Source: Chiloscyllium plagiosum (lineage: Eukaryota). From it: a stretch of DNA of 20,000 nucleotides. Below, one piece after another: positions 19,852 to 20,000 of the stretch. The DNA lies in the NCBI RefSeq assembly GCF_004010195.1, contig NC_057720.1:33822311-33842310 (forward strand). The letters are read 5' to 3'. The translations under genes were made by a program, and so were the position numbers. Each line of letters opens with the position of its first letter. Position 1 is the stretch's first letter. The notes below the pieces were generated by a model. That model made no database searches. It was not told where the DNA came from and saw only the letters and a list, made by a program, of their open reading frames with translations.

Positions 19852-20000
19852 TGTTGGACTAAGGCTCAATCTACCAACTTACTTTCTTCTATGTGTGAGC
19901 CCAGTCCTGCGTGTTCTTTTAAATGAAGCAATAGGAGAAGATATTCAGTCTCACACTCTTAATTTATTTTAAACAGTAAGTGGACAAAGCATTCAGAGCT
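19852..20000 (-). repeat. 5' LTR (U5 and part of R; truncated by window edge)
   Basis: 144/149 identity with 10537-10685 and adjacent to the PBS. Confidence 0.96.

Larger units (their letters stand above)
10537..20000 (-). mobile_element. Endogenous retrovirus provirus, class I (gamma/epsilon-like), LTR-gag-pro-2H-pol-env-LTR, defective; 5' LTR continues past the window
   Basis: Direct repeat 10537-10685 matches 19852-20000 (5 mismatches in 149 nt), with PBS, PPT, CCHC knuckle, DTG protease, YVDD RT, RNase H, integrase after RNase H, and env with ISD and CX6CC. Confidence 0.97.

Noticed and set aside
19679..19972. Antisense 97-aa ORF across the 5' LTR and PBS
   Set aside because: Low-complexity translation of the complement of cis-acting sequence, with no motif or supporting signals.

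Overview
Vertebrate genomic DNA, most likely a shark or other elasmobranch (inferred from an HE1-type V-SINE, CR1 LINEs and a Neptune-type Penelope element), with three assembly gaps (9122-9499, 15391-16022, 17938-18815). The first ~10.5 kb is AT-rich non-coding sequence with decayed SINE, LINE and Penelope fragments. From 10537 to the window end lies a near full-length but defective class I (gamma/epsilon-like) endogenous retrovirus on the minus strand, inserted into the Penelope ORF. Its order is 5' LTR (truncated by the window), perfect tRNA-Trp PBS, structured leader, gag, in-frame UGA, protease, an extra 2H phosphoesterase (CNPase-like) domain with two HVT motifs, RT (YVDD), RNase H, deleted integrase, gamma-type env with two furin sites, PPT and a 615-bp 3' LTR with a CpG-rich E2F/E-box/ETS enhancer array. 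The most notable signals are the 2H phosphodiesterase inside pol, the UGA-CGG gag-pol readthrough junction, and the covarying leader hairpins. All family assignments come from motif recognition by eye; no database search was run.
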